Part shown: piece after piece, positions 46,091-55,098 of the stretch
Layout: each line of letters begins with the position of its first letter
Numbering within the stretch: the first letter of the stretch is position 1
IMG/VR virus record: IMGVR_UViG_3300031414_000008
Location: 1 to 64,000 of that record
Reading direction: 5' to 3' (one strand)
From: a virus
Length of the DNA: 64,000 nucleotides
Made by a program: the position numbers and the translations under genes
The notes under the pieces: model-generated
Told to the model about the DNA's origin: nothing
What the model saw: only the letters and a program-made list of their open reading frames with translations
Databases searched by the model: none

Positions 46091-49000
46091 TATGCGTACT
46101 CCCAAATGATGATCACACCTGCACTACCGTTACCTCCTGAGAAGGTCGTGGTGTTACCGTTCTGACCCATCGCCCCGCCACCGCCGGCACCGTACGAGTT
46201 GGTTGAGGCGTTAGTACCACCTCCGGAGTTCGTCGTAGTACCCTTACCGCCTGCACCGAACGGAGACCATGCCCCCATTCCGCCACGAGCGTAAGCCCCG
46301 TACAGAACCCCGTTATTACCGTGTTCGCCATCCAAGCGGGTGAGCATCGTCATGGTTGTCGGAGGTGAAGCGCCCGGTACGACCAGACCACCGTTGATAC
46401 CCGGAGGGGTTTCTGAATAGGCCGTCGTTGTGTTTCCAATGGTAACACTCTGCCCTGCACTACCACCCTGAGCAGTTACGTAACCTGTGATTGCACTGGC
46501 CCCACCTGCACTACCACCAGAGCCTGCCGCTCCGACCACGCAAGTAAGACCTAGCGTTCCCGGTACGTCAATCATGACACGGGCATATGCACCGGCTCCA
46601 CCACCCTGACCTGCCGATACCCCTGAAGCGGAACCGGAAGCAATACCACCTGCACCACCGCCACCGACGACTTCAGCGATGACCTTTTTGGTTAGAGCTA
46701 AGGTAGTTAACGTCGTAGATGCTGTCAGCACTGTCACTCTCAGCAGACCTGATGCCGCCGCTGCCGGAGGTGGGAAGTGCTCTGAGTACAGCTTGTAGTC
46801 AGTTCCGCCAATCTCGACGTACGGATCTTCTGAAGAGTACAGGAACAGACGAGCTGAACCAGAACCCACTTCCATGGCACCGGTTGGCGTCATGTTCAGG
46901 ATATCCTTCCAGCCACCGCCCGGGGTCACTTCCCCACGGATTGCCACGTTGTTCGCCATGACGATAGGGGAATCAACCAGACCCGTTGAGTTCTTCTTGA
47001 TGTAATCCGCCAGATCTGCAGAAACGATCAGCTTGGTCCACGCACCGGTGTTACGACGGTAGTACAGACCACCTTCGGTCGGCATCGCGATCATCGAAGA
47101 GGTGTAGACCGGGTTGTCTGGATCGGTAGCATCAACCTTCGAGATAACGAACACGTCACCCGAGGTCGAGCCCGCCGGAGCATCTGTCACGGCCGTCGCA
47201 GCGCCCTGCTCATCGGTACCCGGTTGGTAACGGAAGAAGCCAGAGCCTACCGCACCTTCAGCCAGAGTTCCCGCATCCACGATCTGAGGGTTCTTCGCGA
47301 TACCGGAAATGTTGTCCACTTCCAGGAACGCAGTCAGCATCTGGTCGATCTCAGCCTTCGAGTAACCGCTGCCGCCAGTGGCGATAGTGATTTCCGTACC
47401 GGTCATTGGCGTGCCGTTGATCTTGAACGTACGCGGAACCAGCGAGGACACATCGATGTCACCCACGCCCAGCGTGATGTTGTTGCTCAGAGGCTTACCG
47501 TTCACGGTACGGGTTACTGGCACACGGTCAGCTACCGCTGCGTCGATCGCCGATTGGTCCAGGGCACCGACGTCCGCTGCCGTCAGAGCGATGTTGTTGT
47601 TCAACGCCTTGCCGTTCACGGTACGGGTTTGCGGAACGAGTCCGGCCACCGCGGTATCGATCGCTGACTGGTCCACTGCACCGACGTCCGCTGCGGAGAT
47701 CGTGATGTTTGAAGACAGTGCCTTACCGTTTACGGTACGGGTGTTCGGCACACGGGCATTCACGAGGTTATCGATCTGGCCAGACGTGTACGTTCCGAGG
47801 TCACCCGGAGACAGGATGATGTCCTTGTCCAGCAGGTATCCGTTGACACGCACAGGGTTGTAACCGCCGGCCACGATCGCAGCAATCTTCGCGTCAATCT
47901 CGGTACGAGAGTACGTGTTCAGATCTGCCGGGGTGAACGTTAAGTCCTTATCCAGCGGTTTGTTGTTGATCGTACGACCTTCCGGAACACGCGTCTCGAG
48001 AAGCTCAGCGGTATCATCAGCGGTATCTTTCGCTGTGTTCGCTGTCTGCTCGACGGCCGTCAGGTCTTCTTTCAGGGTCACGTCCGGGCGGATTACGCCA
48101 CCGGAACCGACTTGCGTTAAGTTGCTCAATGTTCTCTCCAAAATGTCCATTTCTTCGCCTGGGACACCGCGGCGATACATCAGGTAAACCCCGAGACCAC
48201 GCAGGATTTCCCCGGACCAGAAGCCAAAGAACATACTGTTGTTCTTCGTGTTGTTCTCGTTGCCAGTACGAATCGCTGGAGACCAGGAACCGTTCATGAC
48301 GCCGACGTCACCGATGTAGTAGTTGTCGTTCAGCTCTTTGACAGCCTTCTCGATGATCCAATCGAGCTTCGCGATCGGTGAACCACAGAGTGCGGCAAAG
48401 GACAGACCTGCTAACCACAGACCGGTCATGTGTCCGGTGAAGTCATCCGGAACCGGTGTCGGGAGCTCTTCGCTCGGGAAGTCAGTCGGGAACTGACCGT
48501 ACTGCTGTACGTAGCCAATCAGCCACGTTACCCAGTTCTCCACGTACAGAATGAGTTTAGTCGGAACGGTTTTCCCGATCAGGACCATCTCATGCCAAGC
48601 ACGGGCAGCGGACGCGAACGCACGCGGCTGGTAGCCGGCCCACGGGTGACCATCACCCCAGTGGTAGAACGTGAAGGTGTCAGCGGTACCGTACTTAATG
48701 TTGTCCCAACGGTTCCACACGTACGCTGCGGCGCCTGGGCCGAGCACACCGAACTTCTGGAAGTACGCTTGCTGCGAATCATACATGAAGTTAATCATGT
48801 TGTTAAGACGCTCGTCTTCCTTCTCGTGGACGTAGATGAACGGGTGCTGGTAGCCAGGGTACGGCAGACCACGCCATCCGTCGAACTCCACGATCCCTTC
48901 CGTTGCGTTGTTCGAGAACGGGATAACACCCGGGGTGTACGCTAACGGGTTGTAGTTCGGGTTGATCATGTCGCAATCGCCCAGACGCATGGTGAACTCA

Positions 49001-50931
49001 GCCTCACCCTTTACGGTGATGTTGAAAGTGTTCGTCCACGCGTGGTGACCGGCGAAGGTCGGCGGAATGTCGTTCACGCAGTACCAAGAGAAGTCTGCGG
49101 TCGCGTCACCCAGCATGTCCACGACTTCGATGTTCATCTGATCAACGGCAACCAGTTTCGGGTTCAGAGGGCGTTCACGGCCGTTCTCATCCGCTTGGTA
49201 GTCGTTCAGACGCAAGTCCTTCGGATCCAGTACCGCGTGGTCCCAGATACGTGAAGGGGGTAGCGTCCAGTGCCAACGCCAGTTATCGGCATCGGTAACC
49301 ACGATGATCCATTCGTGCTTGTCATCGGTACGGTAGACGATCTCGGAAGGGATCACCGCTTCGGCTTCAGTCAGCCAGAACCCGATGATTACGCCGTCGT
49401 CGTCGGACGTCACGGTCGACGTACACGTCTGAGCCGAGCGGGTGTCGTACACGTTGTCTTCGAACTGGAACTTATGTGTTACATTGCCCCAATCTGACAT
49501 CACGCGATTATCGGCGATAATGAAGTCGCCCTGCGGATTATTCGCCAGGGACATCGACGTCATCGGTATCGTATACGATGCGATAGAGCCGTCTGCCGGG
49601 GTGTCCGGGAGGTTGATCTTCCATCCGGTCGTTTCCGTACCGGTCTTCGAATCCGCCAGTTCCATCATGACGGTGACCGTCAGTGGCTTACCGTTGATGT
49701 CGACACCGCCCACGTTGATGTGGATTTCGGCCGCGTCATCGATCTCATAGGCAACAGACTGCTGTTCCATCGTGTGCTGTGCGGCACGGTCGATGTGAGC
49801 AACGATGTAACCCTGAGCGTCACGGGAGTACGTCACCACACGGGTTGACGGGTAGCCGTAGTCGTAAGAAATACCGTCGGTCCACGGCGTCTGGTCGTAC
49901 GTACTCTGACGGAAGAACTTGTCGTAGGCATCGATGTTCGAGTAATCGAGGCACATCTTCCAGGACGCACGCCAGGCGTTGTAGTAACGCTTCTCTTTGG
50001 TGATGTCCCACAGCTGATACGCTGCGTCACAGAACCACAGTTCGGCGTCGGCGGCGTTACCCAGGTTACCCAACTTCGTGACCGGTACGCGGAGCGGACG
50101 GTTGTGCCACGCTTCGTTACGCCCAATCAGGTACCCGCCGTGCTCTACCGGTTGGCAGTTCGCATAGCAAAGCTTGTGCACGCCGTTAACGGTCGTGTCT
50201 TTCAGCTGAACGGTACCCTTCGGCAGTGTTGCCACCGCTTCGAGGATGTTCCCGTCCCAGTCGACCTTACGGCCCAGGTAGTCAACCACCCAGTCCACGT
50301 CCCACTTGGTTCCCTTAGTGTTCCAATCAGTGGAACCGTCAGGCAGAACCGCACGGACGTCCGCAACGATCGTGTTCCATGCTAAAGCCCCGTCGAAGGC
50401 GAAGGTGGCTTTATCCAGGTATTCACCCCAGTTAGGGGCGCCGGTTGGAATCCGTGTACGACCGTTGGTCCACGTCATCGGTGAGCCCAGGAAGCCGGAG
50501 TGCGTCGGGGAATCGAAGTCGATTGGCCAGTTGGCCAGCATCGGCTCCTTACCGTTGATGATCCAGTTACACAGCCAACGGGAATTCTCAGGGTCGTCCG
50601 GGATCGGTTGGCCCTGATAGAAGTGTGTCACGTAGGCGTCGAACATGGCGATCGCACGGTCTAACCAGTACTGCTCCTTCGTCCCGCGGTACATATAGAG
50701 GTAGCCGAGGATCTGAAGGGACTGGCCTTCCGTGGTGGCGTCACCGTTAGGCTGACCTTCCATCTGGGAGATAGACTTCAGGTGACGGTTGTTCGCCAGG
50801 ACGTTCTGCGGGTTGAAGACGTAGTGGTCTTGCGACGCATCGTTGGTTTGACCGGTGTTCTTTAAAAGGAACCGCTCATGGCCAATCGCCAGGTTTACTA
50901 CGTCCTGTACAGTCGGTAGCAAATTAGGCAT
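46090..50931 (-). CDS. Tail fibre with N-terminal GH8-like (alpha/alpha)6 glycoside hydrolase region, fibre repeats and Gly-rich C-terminal domain
   Basis: TTEGQSLQILGY and NAADAELWFCDAAYQLW resemble GH8 catalytic motifs; six RT(V/I)NG..L..(D/N)I repeats; C-terminal VVGGGGAGG...GGGAGAY Gly-rich domain; start ATG 50931. Confidence 0.75.
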   Translation of the reverse strand: MPNLLPTVQDVVNLAIGHERFLLKNTGQTNDASQDHYVFNPQNVLANNRHLKSISQMEGQPNGDATTEGQSLQILGYLYMYRGTKEQYWLDRAIAMFDAYVTHFYQGQPIPDDPENSRWLCNWIINGKEPMLANWPIDFDSPTHSGFLGSPMTWTNGRTRIPTGAPNWGEYLDKATFAFDGALAWNTIVADVRAVLPDGSTDWNTKGTKWDVDWVVDYLGRKVDWDGNILEAVATLPKGTVQLKDTTVNGVHKLCYANCQPVEHGGYLIGRNEAWHNRPLRVPVTKLGNLGNAADAELWFCDAAYQLWDITKEKRYYNAWRASWKMCLDYSNIDAYDKFFRQSTYDQTPWTDGISYDYGYPSTRVVTYSRDAQGYIVAHIDRAAQHTMEQQSVAYEIDDAAEIHINVGGVDINGKPLTVTVMMELADSKTGTETTGWKINLPDTPADGSIASYTIPMTSMSLANNPQGDFIIADNRVMSDWGNVTHKFQFEDNVYDTRSAQTCTSTVTSDDDGVIIGFWLTEAEAVIPSEIVYRTDDKHEWIIVVTDADNWRWHWTLPPSRIWDHAVLDPKDLRLNDYQADENGRERPLNPKLVAVDQMNIEVVDMLGDATADFSWYCVNDIPPTFAGHHAWTNTFNITVKGEAEFTMRLGDCDMINPNYNPLAYTPGVIPFSNNATEGIVEFDGWRGLPYPGYQHPFIYVHEKEDERLNNMINFMYDSQQAYFQKFGVLGPGAAAYVWNRWDNIKYGTADTFTFYHWGDGHPWAGYQPRAFASAARAWHEMVLIGKTVPTKLILYVENWVTWLIGYVQQYGQFPTDFPSEELPTPVPDDFTGHMTGLWLAGLSFAALCGSPIAKLDWIIEKAVKELNDNYYIGDVGVMNGSWSPAIRTGNENNTKNNSMFFGFWSGEILRGLGVYLMYRRGVPGEEMDILERTLSNLTQVGSGGVIRPDVTLKEDLTAVEQTANTAKDTADDTAELLETRVPEGRTINNKPLDKDLTFTPADLNTYSRTEIDAKIAAIVAGGYNPVRVNGYLLDKDIILSPGDLGTYTSGQIDNLVNARVPNTRTVNGKALSSNITISAADVGAVDQSAIDTAVAGLVPQTRTVNGKALNNNIALTAADVGALDQSAIDAAVADRVPVTRTVNGKPLSNNITLGVGDIDVSSLVPRTFKINGTPMTGTEITIATGGSGYSKAEIDQMLTAFLEVDNISGIAKNPQIVDAGTLAEGAVGSGFFRYQPGTDEQGAATAVTDAPAGSTSGDVFVISKVDATDPDNPVYTSSMIAMPTEGGLYYRRNTGAWTKLIVSADLADYIKKNSTGLVDSPIVMANNVAIRGEVTPGGGWKDILNMTPTGAMEVGSGSARLFLYSSEDPYVEIGGTDYKLYSEHFPPPAAAASGLLRVTVLTASTTLTTLALTKKVIAEVVGGGGAGGIASGSASGVSAGQGGGAGAYARVMIDVPGTLGLTCVVGAAGSGGSAGGASAITGYVTAQGGSAGQSVTIGNTTTAYSETPPGINGGLVVPGASPPTTMTMLTRLDGEHGNNGVLYGAYARGGMGAWSPFGAGGKGTTTNSGGGTNASTNSYGAGGGGAMGQNGNTTTFSGGNGSAGVIIIWEYA

Positions 50932-51247
50932 TGAACCACCCCGCTCCGTAAGAGGCAATCCACTTCACGCCATCGAGGGTGAAGAGAGTGATCTCATCGG
51001 CATATCCCACGTCGTAAGCAAGCTTCGGTGTACGGAAGAACGCGAACTGAATGTTCGTCGCCCATTGAACCTTACGACCTTGTGCAGTTTGCTTAAGGAT
51101 CAGGGAGATCTTCGTCCCCGGATCGGAGTTAGCGACAGCGATGGTGGTCAGTGGCTCTGAAAGGGGTAGCACGAAAACATCACCCTGCAGAGGATTCACA
51201 GTGTAGTTGTTTCCGACGCTTGCTTCAGTCTTAATCGTTAATTTCAT
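50924..51247 (-). CDS. Small beta-sandwich fibre-associated protein
   Basis: Start ATG 51247 (GGAG RBS); LKQTAQGRKVQW...TP.L...DEITLFTLDGVKW, a module common at fibre C-termini. Confidence 0.7.
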   Translation of the reverse strand: MKLTIKTEASVGNNYTVNPLQGDVFVLPLSEPLTTIAVANSDPGTKISLILKQTAQGRKVQWATNIQFAFFRTPKLAYDVGYADEITLFTLDGVKWIASYGAGWFNA

Positions 51248-51288
51248 AGAGCTCCACCGATAGTTGAAGCCCGCCGAAGCGGGCAGTA

Positions 51289-52671
51289 TTACGCGATCCC
51301 GATATCTCTCCAGGCTCCGTTCTGGAAGACCTGGATCGGTCGAGAGTACATCCAACGGAATTCGTCGTTGTTACCTGACTTAGACCAGATGTAGAAGCCG
51401 GTCACCACGTTCACGCCCGGGGCACGGTACACGAAGGTTTCGTGGCCGAGAGCTGAACGCTCGATTGACACTTCTGGGCCGAGACGTAACGAGATCGTCT
51501 GGGCTTGAATTTTAGCATCAATTTCAGCTGCCGTATAGGTCCCGACGGAGTGAGCATCGATGTTGATGTCACCGGTCAAGGTCATCCCGTTCACGCGACG
51601 AGAGGTCGGTACACGGGTGTTGATCAGTGAGTCCACCTGGGCCGTCGTATAGGCACCAACCAGGGCTGCCGTGATGCTGATGTTCGAAGACAGGGCCAGG
51701 CCGTTAACCGTACGGGTTGAAGGCACACGGGTGTTGGCGTTGTCGTTCGCAGACTTCACGGAGTTCGGCGTCGCCGCCGTCGTGGTTGACGTAGAGGACA
51801 CGCTGTCCGTTAACTGCACGATACCCTGCTGAGACGTTGACGCAATCGGCAGGTCGCCCAGTTCGATCTTCTTACGCCATCCCGTGAAGGAACCTGCAGA
51901 AATTGCTGCAGTGTACATACGCCCTTCAGCGGTCACCATGGTCAGCCCACGGTAGTTCGTCGCTTCGTGAGAGGTACAGATGATCTCTGCCCAGGAGAAC
52001 GGTACGTCAGTCGGGATGCCGGTATAGCCGTAACCCGTTGACCCGTCCAGGTGGTAGAAGCCGCACGACTTGTTGTTGAAGTACGACGCCAGGTTCGAGT
52101 TGTTCGGAATACGAATAGAGATCGAGCCGATACCGTACGTATCCAGAAGGTTCTGAGTACGCAGTGAGGTCATCGCTCGGGTGTTCTCCGTCTTCGTGAT
52201 CGCTTCGGCTGCCGTTGCAATTTCAATGAAACCCTTCTGGATCTCTGTCGCGTACGGGTGGTTAATGCTGGCCTCGTGAGCTTCGATCGCCGTATCAATC
52301 CAGTTGTGAACGTCGTCCGGACGGGCAAAGGTGATCCAACCACGGAACACGTCACCGTACACTTCAGCGATCCACAGGTTGTTACCGTGAGAAGATGCAA
52401 CGATCGCACGGTTGCCCGGGATGCCGCCGTTGATCACGGTGTAGTAAACCATGTCCTTGATCGGACCACCGGTTGTGCCGGACAGGGCGGCGTTATCGTA
52501 ATACCACCCACCGGTGCAACGACCGAGGAATTTCTGCAGGTTGACCCCGTTAGGGACCTTTACGGCCTGACCGCCGACACCGTACTGATCGAGAAGGTTC
52601 TGAGCTTCATCGATCGTCAGGATCTCGGGATGTTTCACCCCGCCGCGGTCGACCACTGTTAATTGGTTCAT
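51289..52671 (-). CDS. Tail fibre protein
   Basis: AST.Q.GIVQL.DSVSSTSTT.AATPNSVK fibre repeat; RTVNG..L..NI repeats; C-terminal RLG...SRPIQ...NGAW. Confidence 0.85.
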   Translation of the reverse strand: MNQLTVVDRGGVKHPEILTIDEAQNLLDQYGVGGQAVKVPNGVNLQKFLGRCTGGWYYDNAALSGTTGGPIKDMVYYTVINGGIPGNRAIVASSHGNNLWIAEVYGDVFRGWITFARPDDVHNWIDTAIEAHEASINHPYATEIQKGFIEIATAAEAITKTENTRAMTSLRTQNLLDTYGIGSISIRIPNNSNLASYFNNKSCGFYHLDGSTGYGYTGIPTDVPFSWAEIICTSHEATNYRGLTMVTAEGRMYTAAISAGSFTGWRKKIELGDLPIASTSQQGIVQLTDSVSSTSTTTAATPNSVKSANDNANTRVPSTRTVNGLALSSNISITAALVGAYTTAQVDSLINTRVPTSRRVNGMTLTGDINIDAHSVGTYTAAEIDAKIQAQTISLRLGPEVSIERSALGHETFVYRAPGVNVVTGFYIWSKSGNNDEFRWMYSRPIQVFQNGAWRDIGIA

Positions 52672-52693
52672 GAGTTTCTCCTGTAATAGCCGT

Positions 52694-52700
52694 TATTTTA
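52694..52700 (-). promoter_or_regulatory. TAAAATA late-type motif
   Basis: 22 nt upstream of ATG 52671; overlaps the upstream stop codon. Confidence 0.6.
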
Positions 52701-53297
52701 CGAGAACGCGACGGTTTGTGCGGTGCCATCTTGAAGGATAGCTTGCAGCGGGGCGAACACACCGAGCCAACCGAGAGTGGCATCGTAGCGGACGTCAACG
52801 AGGACGTTCCCCGAGCCGATTTCTGTGGTACCCATCGGTTTCTCGACAGCCGTGCCTAGCCGCATTGCCACAGTCGGCGTGGCCGGTGTGGAGAACTTAG
52901 CACGGATGGTCGCTGCATCGTAAATGTTAAAGTCCGCCGGGGTGAACGTGATGTTCGCCGTCAGCGGTTTGTTGTTGATCTTCCAGGAAGGGTTCGCTTT
53001 CGTCTGGGCCAAGAGTTTCTTGATGATCCAGATCGACGGTGCACCTTGCTGGGAGCGGGAGTCGGCAAAGGACTCGACGTTAGAGATGCCTGAGATGCCG
53101 GCTGCGGCGTCTACTTGCACGACGTCATCGACGTTCTCCCAGGGCACCTTCTCATCGATACCCATTTTGTTGGCCAGCTGGGCCATGAGCTCGTCCACCT
53201 TCGCGTCCTTAACCGGAATGTCGTAACGCATTTGCTGTACGTCATCAGCGGTCAGGAACTTCGGATCGACGGCACCTTCAGTAACGATAGTAATCAT
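52698..53297 (-). CDS. Short tail-fibre paralogue
   Basis: KINNKPLTANITFTPAD repeat; C-terminal MRLG...APLQ. Confidence 0.75.
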   Translation of the reverse strand: MITIVTEGAVDPKFLTADDVQQMRYDIPVKDAKVDELMAQLANKMGIDEKVPWENVDDVVQVDAAAGISGISNVESFADSRSQQGAPSIWIIKKLLAQTKANPSWKINNKPLTANITFTPADFNIYDAATIRAKFSTPATPTVAMRLGTAVEKPMGTTEIGSGNVLVDVRYDATLGWLGVFAPLQAILQDGTAQTVAFS

Positions 53298-53893
53298 GCT
53301 GTTCTCCGGATGTCAGTCCACACCAGTGTACCATCCTCTTGGCGAATCTGGAACTGCAGCGGACGAGACCAGACTGGCTGGCCTGGGCCACCGAAGGACG
53401 TGATGTAGTTTGAGGACGGTACGGCGTTCAGAGCGGACTGGACCGGCGGGCCGAAACGTACCGCTTTCACCTTCGCACCCTTTGCCGCCATGGCATCCAC
53501 TTCAGCCTTCGTGAAGGTCCACAGATCGTCAGCGACCATCGTGATATCACCCTTCAGGGCAATCCCGTTGATGCAACGTTCCTGCGGCACAAAGCCCCAG
53601 CCATCAGAGTTCGCCGTACGCAGGGACGCGAGCGTCGCACCGCGGGTCTTGTCCGTTGACGGCGTGTTCGAAAGGGTCACGACCCCGGCCTGGGTCAAGG
53701 AGGCAGCGGGTTTACCGATGATGTTACCCCACTTGATGTGACCGCCTTTATCCGAGAGCAGTGGGACGCCAAGCTCCACACCGTTGATCGCCACCTGAAC
53801 GGCATCCAGTCGGGTGTAATACCCACCGATGTCCGCCTTCAGGGCTAGCGGACGTGGGTTCTTCATCCCACCTAAGTCTACGAGAGTTTTCAT
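53294..53893 (-). CDS. Short tail-fibre paralogue
   Basis: ASLTQAGVVTLSN...ATLASLR, RCINGIALKGDIT, C-terminal RFG...SRPLQ. Confidence 0.75.
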   Translation of the reverse strand: MKTLVDLGGMKNPRPLALKADIGGYYTRLDAVQVAINGVELGVPLLSDKGGHIKWGNIIGKPAASLTQAGVVTLSNTPSTDKTRGATLASLRTANSDGWGFVPQERCINGIALKGDITMVADDLWTFTKAEVDAMAAKGAKVKAVRFGPPVQSALNAVPSSNYITSFGGPGQPVWSRPLQFQIRQEDGTLVWTDIRRTA

Positions 53894-54531
53894 TGTAATT
53901 TCCACACTCCATCCACGAGGACCTTGAACTGTTTGTACTCAGCCGTGATCGAGGTCTGAGTCAGAGCAGTAATGCGTCCGATTGGTTTAGTCCGCCCGCC
54001 GGCACCGTTAGCGGAGGTCTTGGTCGTCTGAACGTAGGCGTAGTCCGTTCCGGGGAGCTCCTTAGGCAGGCGATGGGCTTCCATCAGAGCGAGAATCTGT
54101 TCGCCGGTCAGCGAGCCTACTTCTTCACCATTGATCCAGATGTCCTTACGGAGATCTTTCCCCTGAATCGTACGCTGGGCCGGGAGCGCTCCGGTGAAAT
54201 ACGCTGCAACCTGACGGACCGCATCCGGCGTCGCCGCAAGAAGGTGATCTGCATCGGTCGCCGCACCGGTCGGCTCTCCGTACTTCAACAGGCCAGGGAT
54301 CGGTTTGGCGCCCCAAGGTTGACCCTTAGCGGGGTTTTGAGCGTAGGGAACGGTCACACCGGCCCACGGCCAAGACGTTTGTTCGTACAGTTTGTTGTTG
54401 TAAGTTTGAAGTAAAAGGCTTACCTTATGCTCCAGATCGGAAATATCAGCATCCATCACCGGAAGTTCGCCCGTCTTGACGAGGCCAGGTGAGATGAACA
54501 TATTCCCGGAGATAACAGTCAAATCACTCAT
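53890..54531 (-). CDS. Short tail-fibre paralogue
   Basis: LAATPDAVRQ, RTIQGKDLRKDI; ends VDGVWKLQ. Confidence 0.7.
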   Translation of the reverse strand: MSDLTVISGNMFISPGLVKTGELPVMDADISDLEHKVSLLLQTYNNKLYEQTSWPWAGVTVPYAQNPAKGQPWGAKPIPGLLKYGEPTGAATDADHLLAATPDAVRQVAAYFTGALPAQRTIQGKDLRKDIWINGEEVGSLTGEQILALMEAHRLPKELPGTDYAYVQTTKTSANGAGGRTKPIGRITALTQTSITAEYKQFKVLVDGVWKLQ

Positions 54532-54557
54532 TTTGATCTCCTAAATCCACATATCGG

Positions 54558-54573
54558 TATTTTAAGGTATAAG
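54558..54573. promoter_or_regulatory. Back-to-back promoter element TATTTTA-A-GGTATAAG
   Basis: Divergent junction of the fibre cluster and RNase H. Confidence 0.7.
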
Positions 54574-54606
54574 ATTTTTGAGAACCCGACAACATTTCGA
54601 GGTTAT

Positions 54607-55098
54607 ATGATTAACATTACCGAGCAGCTTAAGTATTTGTCCACCCTCGCTCCGAAGCACTTGGAGCTCTACGCAGACGGCGCCTGTAAGGGCAATCCCG
54701 GCCCCGGTGGCTGGGGCGTTCACTTCCACGAATTTGACTACCCCGGGCTGTGTGCCGGTGAGTTAATGACGACCAACAACATCCAGGAGATGCTGGCCAT
54801 GCTGGCGGCCCTGAAAGTCGTTGAGCACTTGGGGTGTACCGCGAACATCTACACTGACTCCAACCTCGTGTACAAAGGCTTAGGCGAATGGCTGCCCGGC
54901 TGGAAGGCTACGAATTTCAAGACTGTAAAGAAAAACCGCGAACTGTGGCAGCAATTGATCCCGCTTTATGATAAACTGGCTTCTCGAATCAGTATCCATA
55001 AAGTCAAGGGCCACTCGGGCAATCCGGGTAATGAAGCTGCAGACGCATTAGCAAACAAGGGCGTAAAAGAATGTTTAATGAAATCAAAGAACGCGTAA
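54607..55098 (+). CDS. rnhA: Ribonuclease HI
   Basis: YADGACKGNPGPGGWG, TNNIQE, YTDS, KNRELW, KVKGHSG..GNEAADALA. Confidence 0.95.
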   Translation: MINITEQLKYLSTLAPKHLELYADGACKGNPGPGGWGVHFHEFDYPGLCAGELMTTNNIQEMLAMLAALKVVEHLGCTANIYTDSNLVYKGLGEWLPGWKATNFKTVKKNRELWQQLIPLYDKLASRISIHKVKGHSGNPGNEAADALANKGVKECLMKSKNA

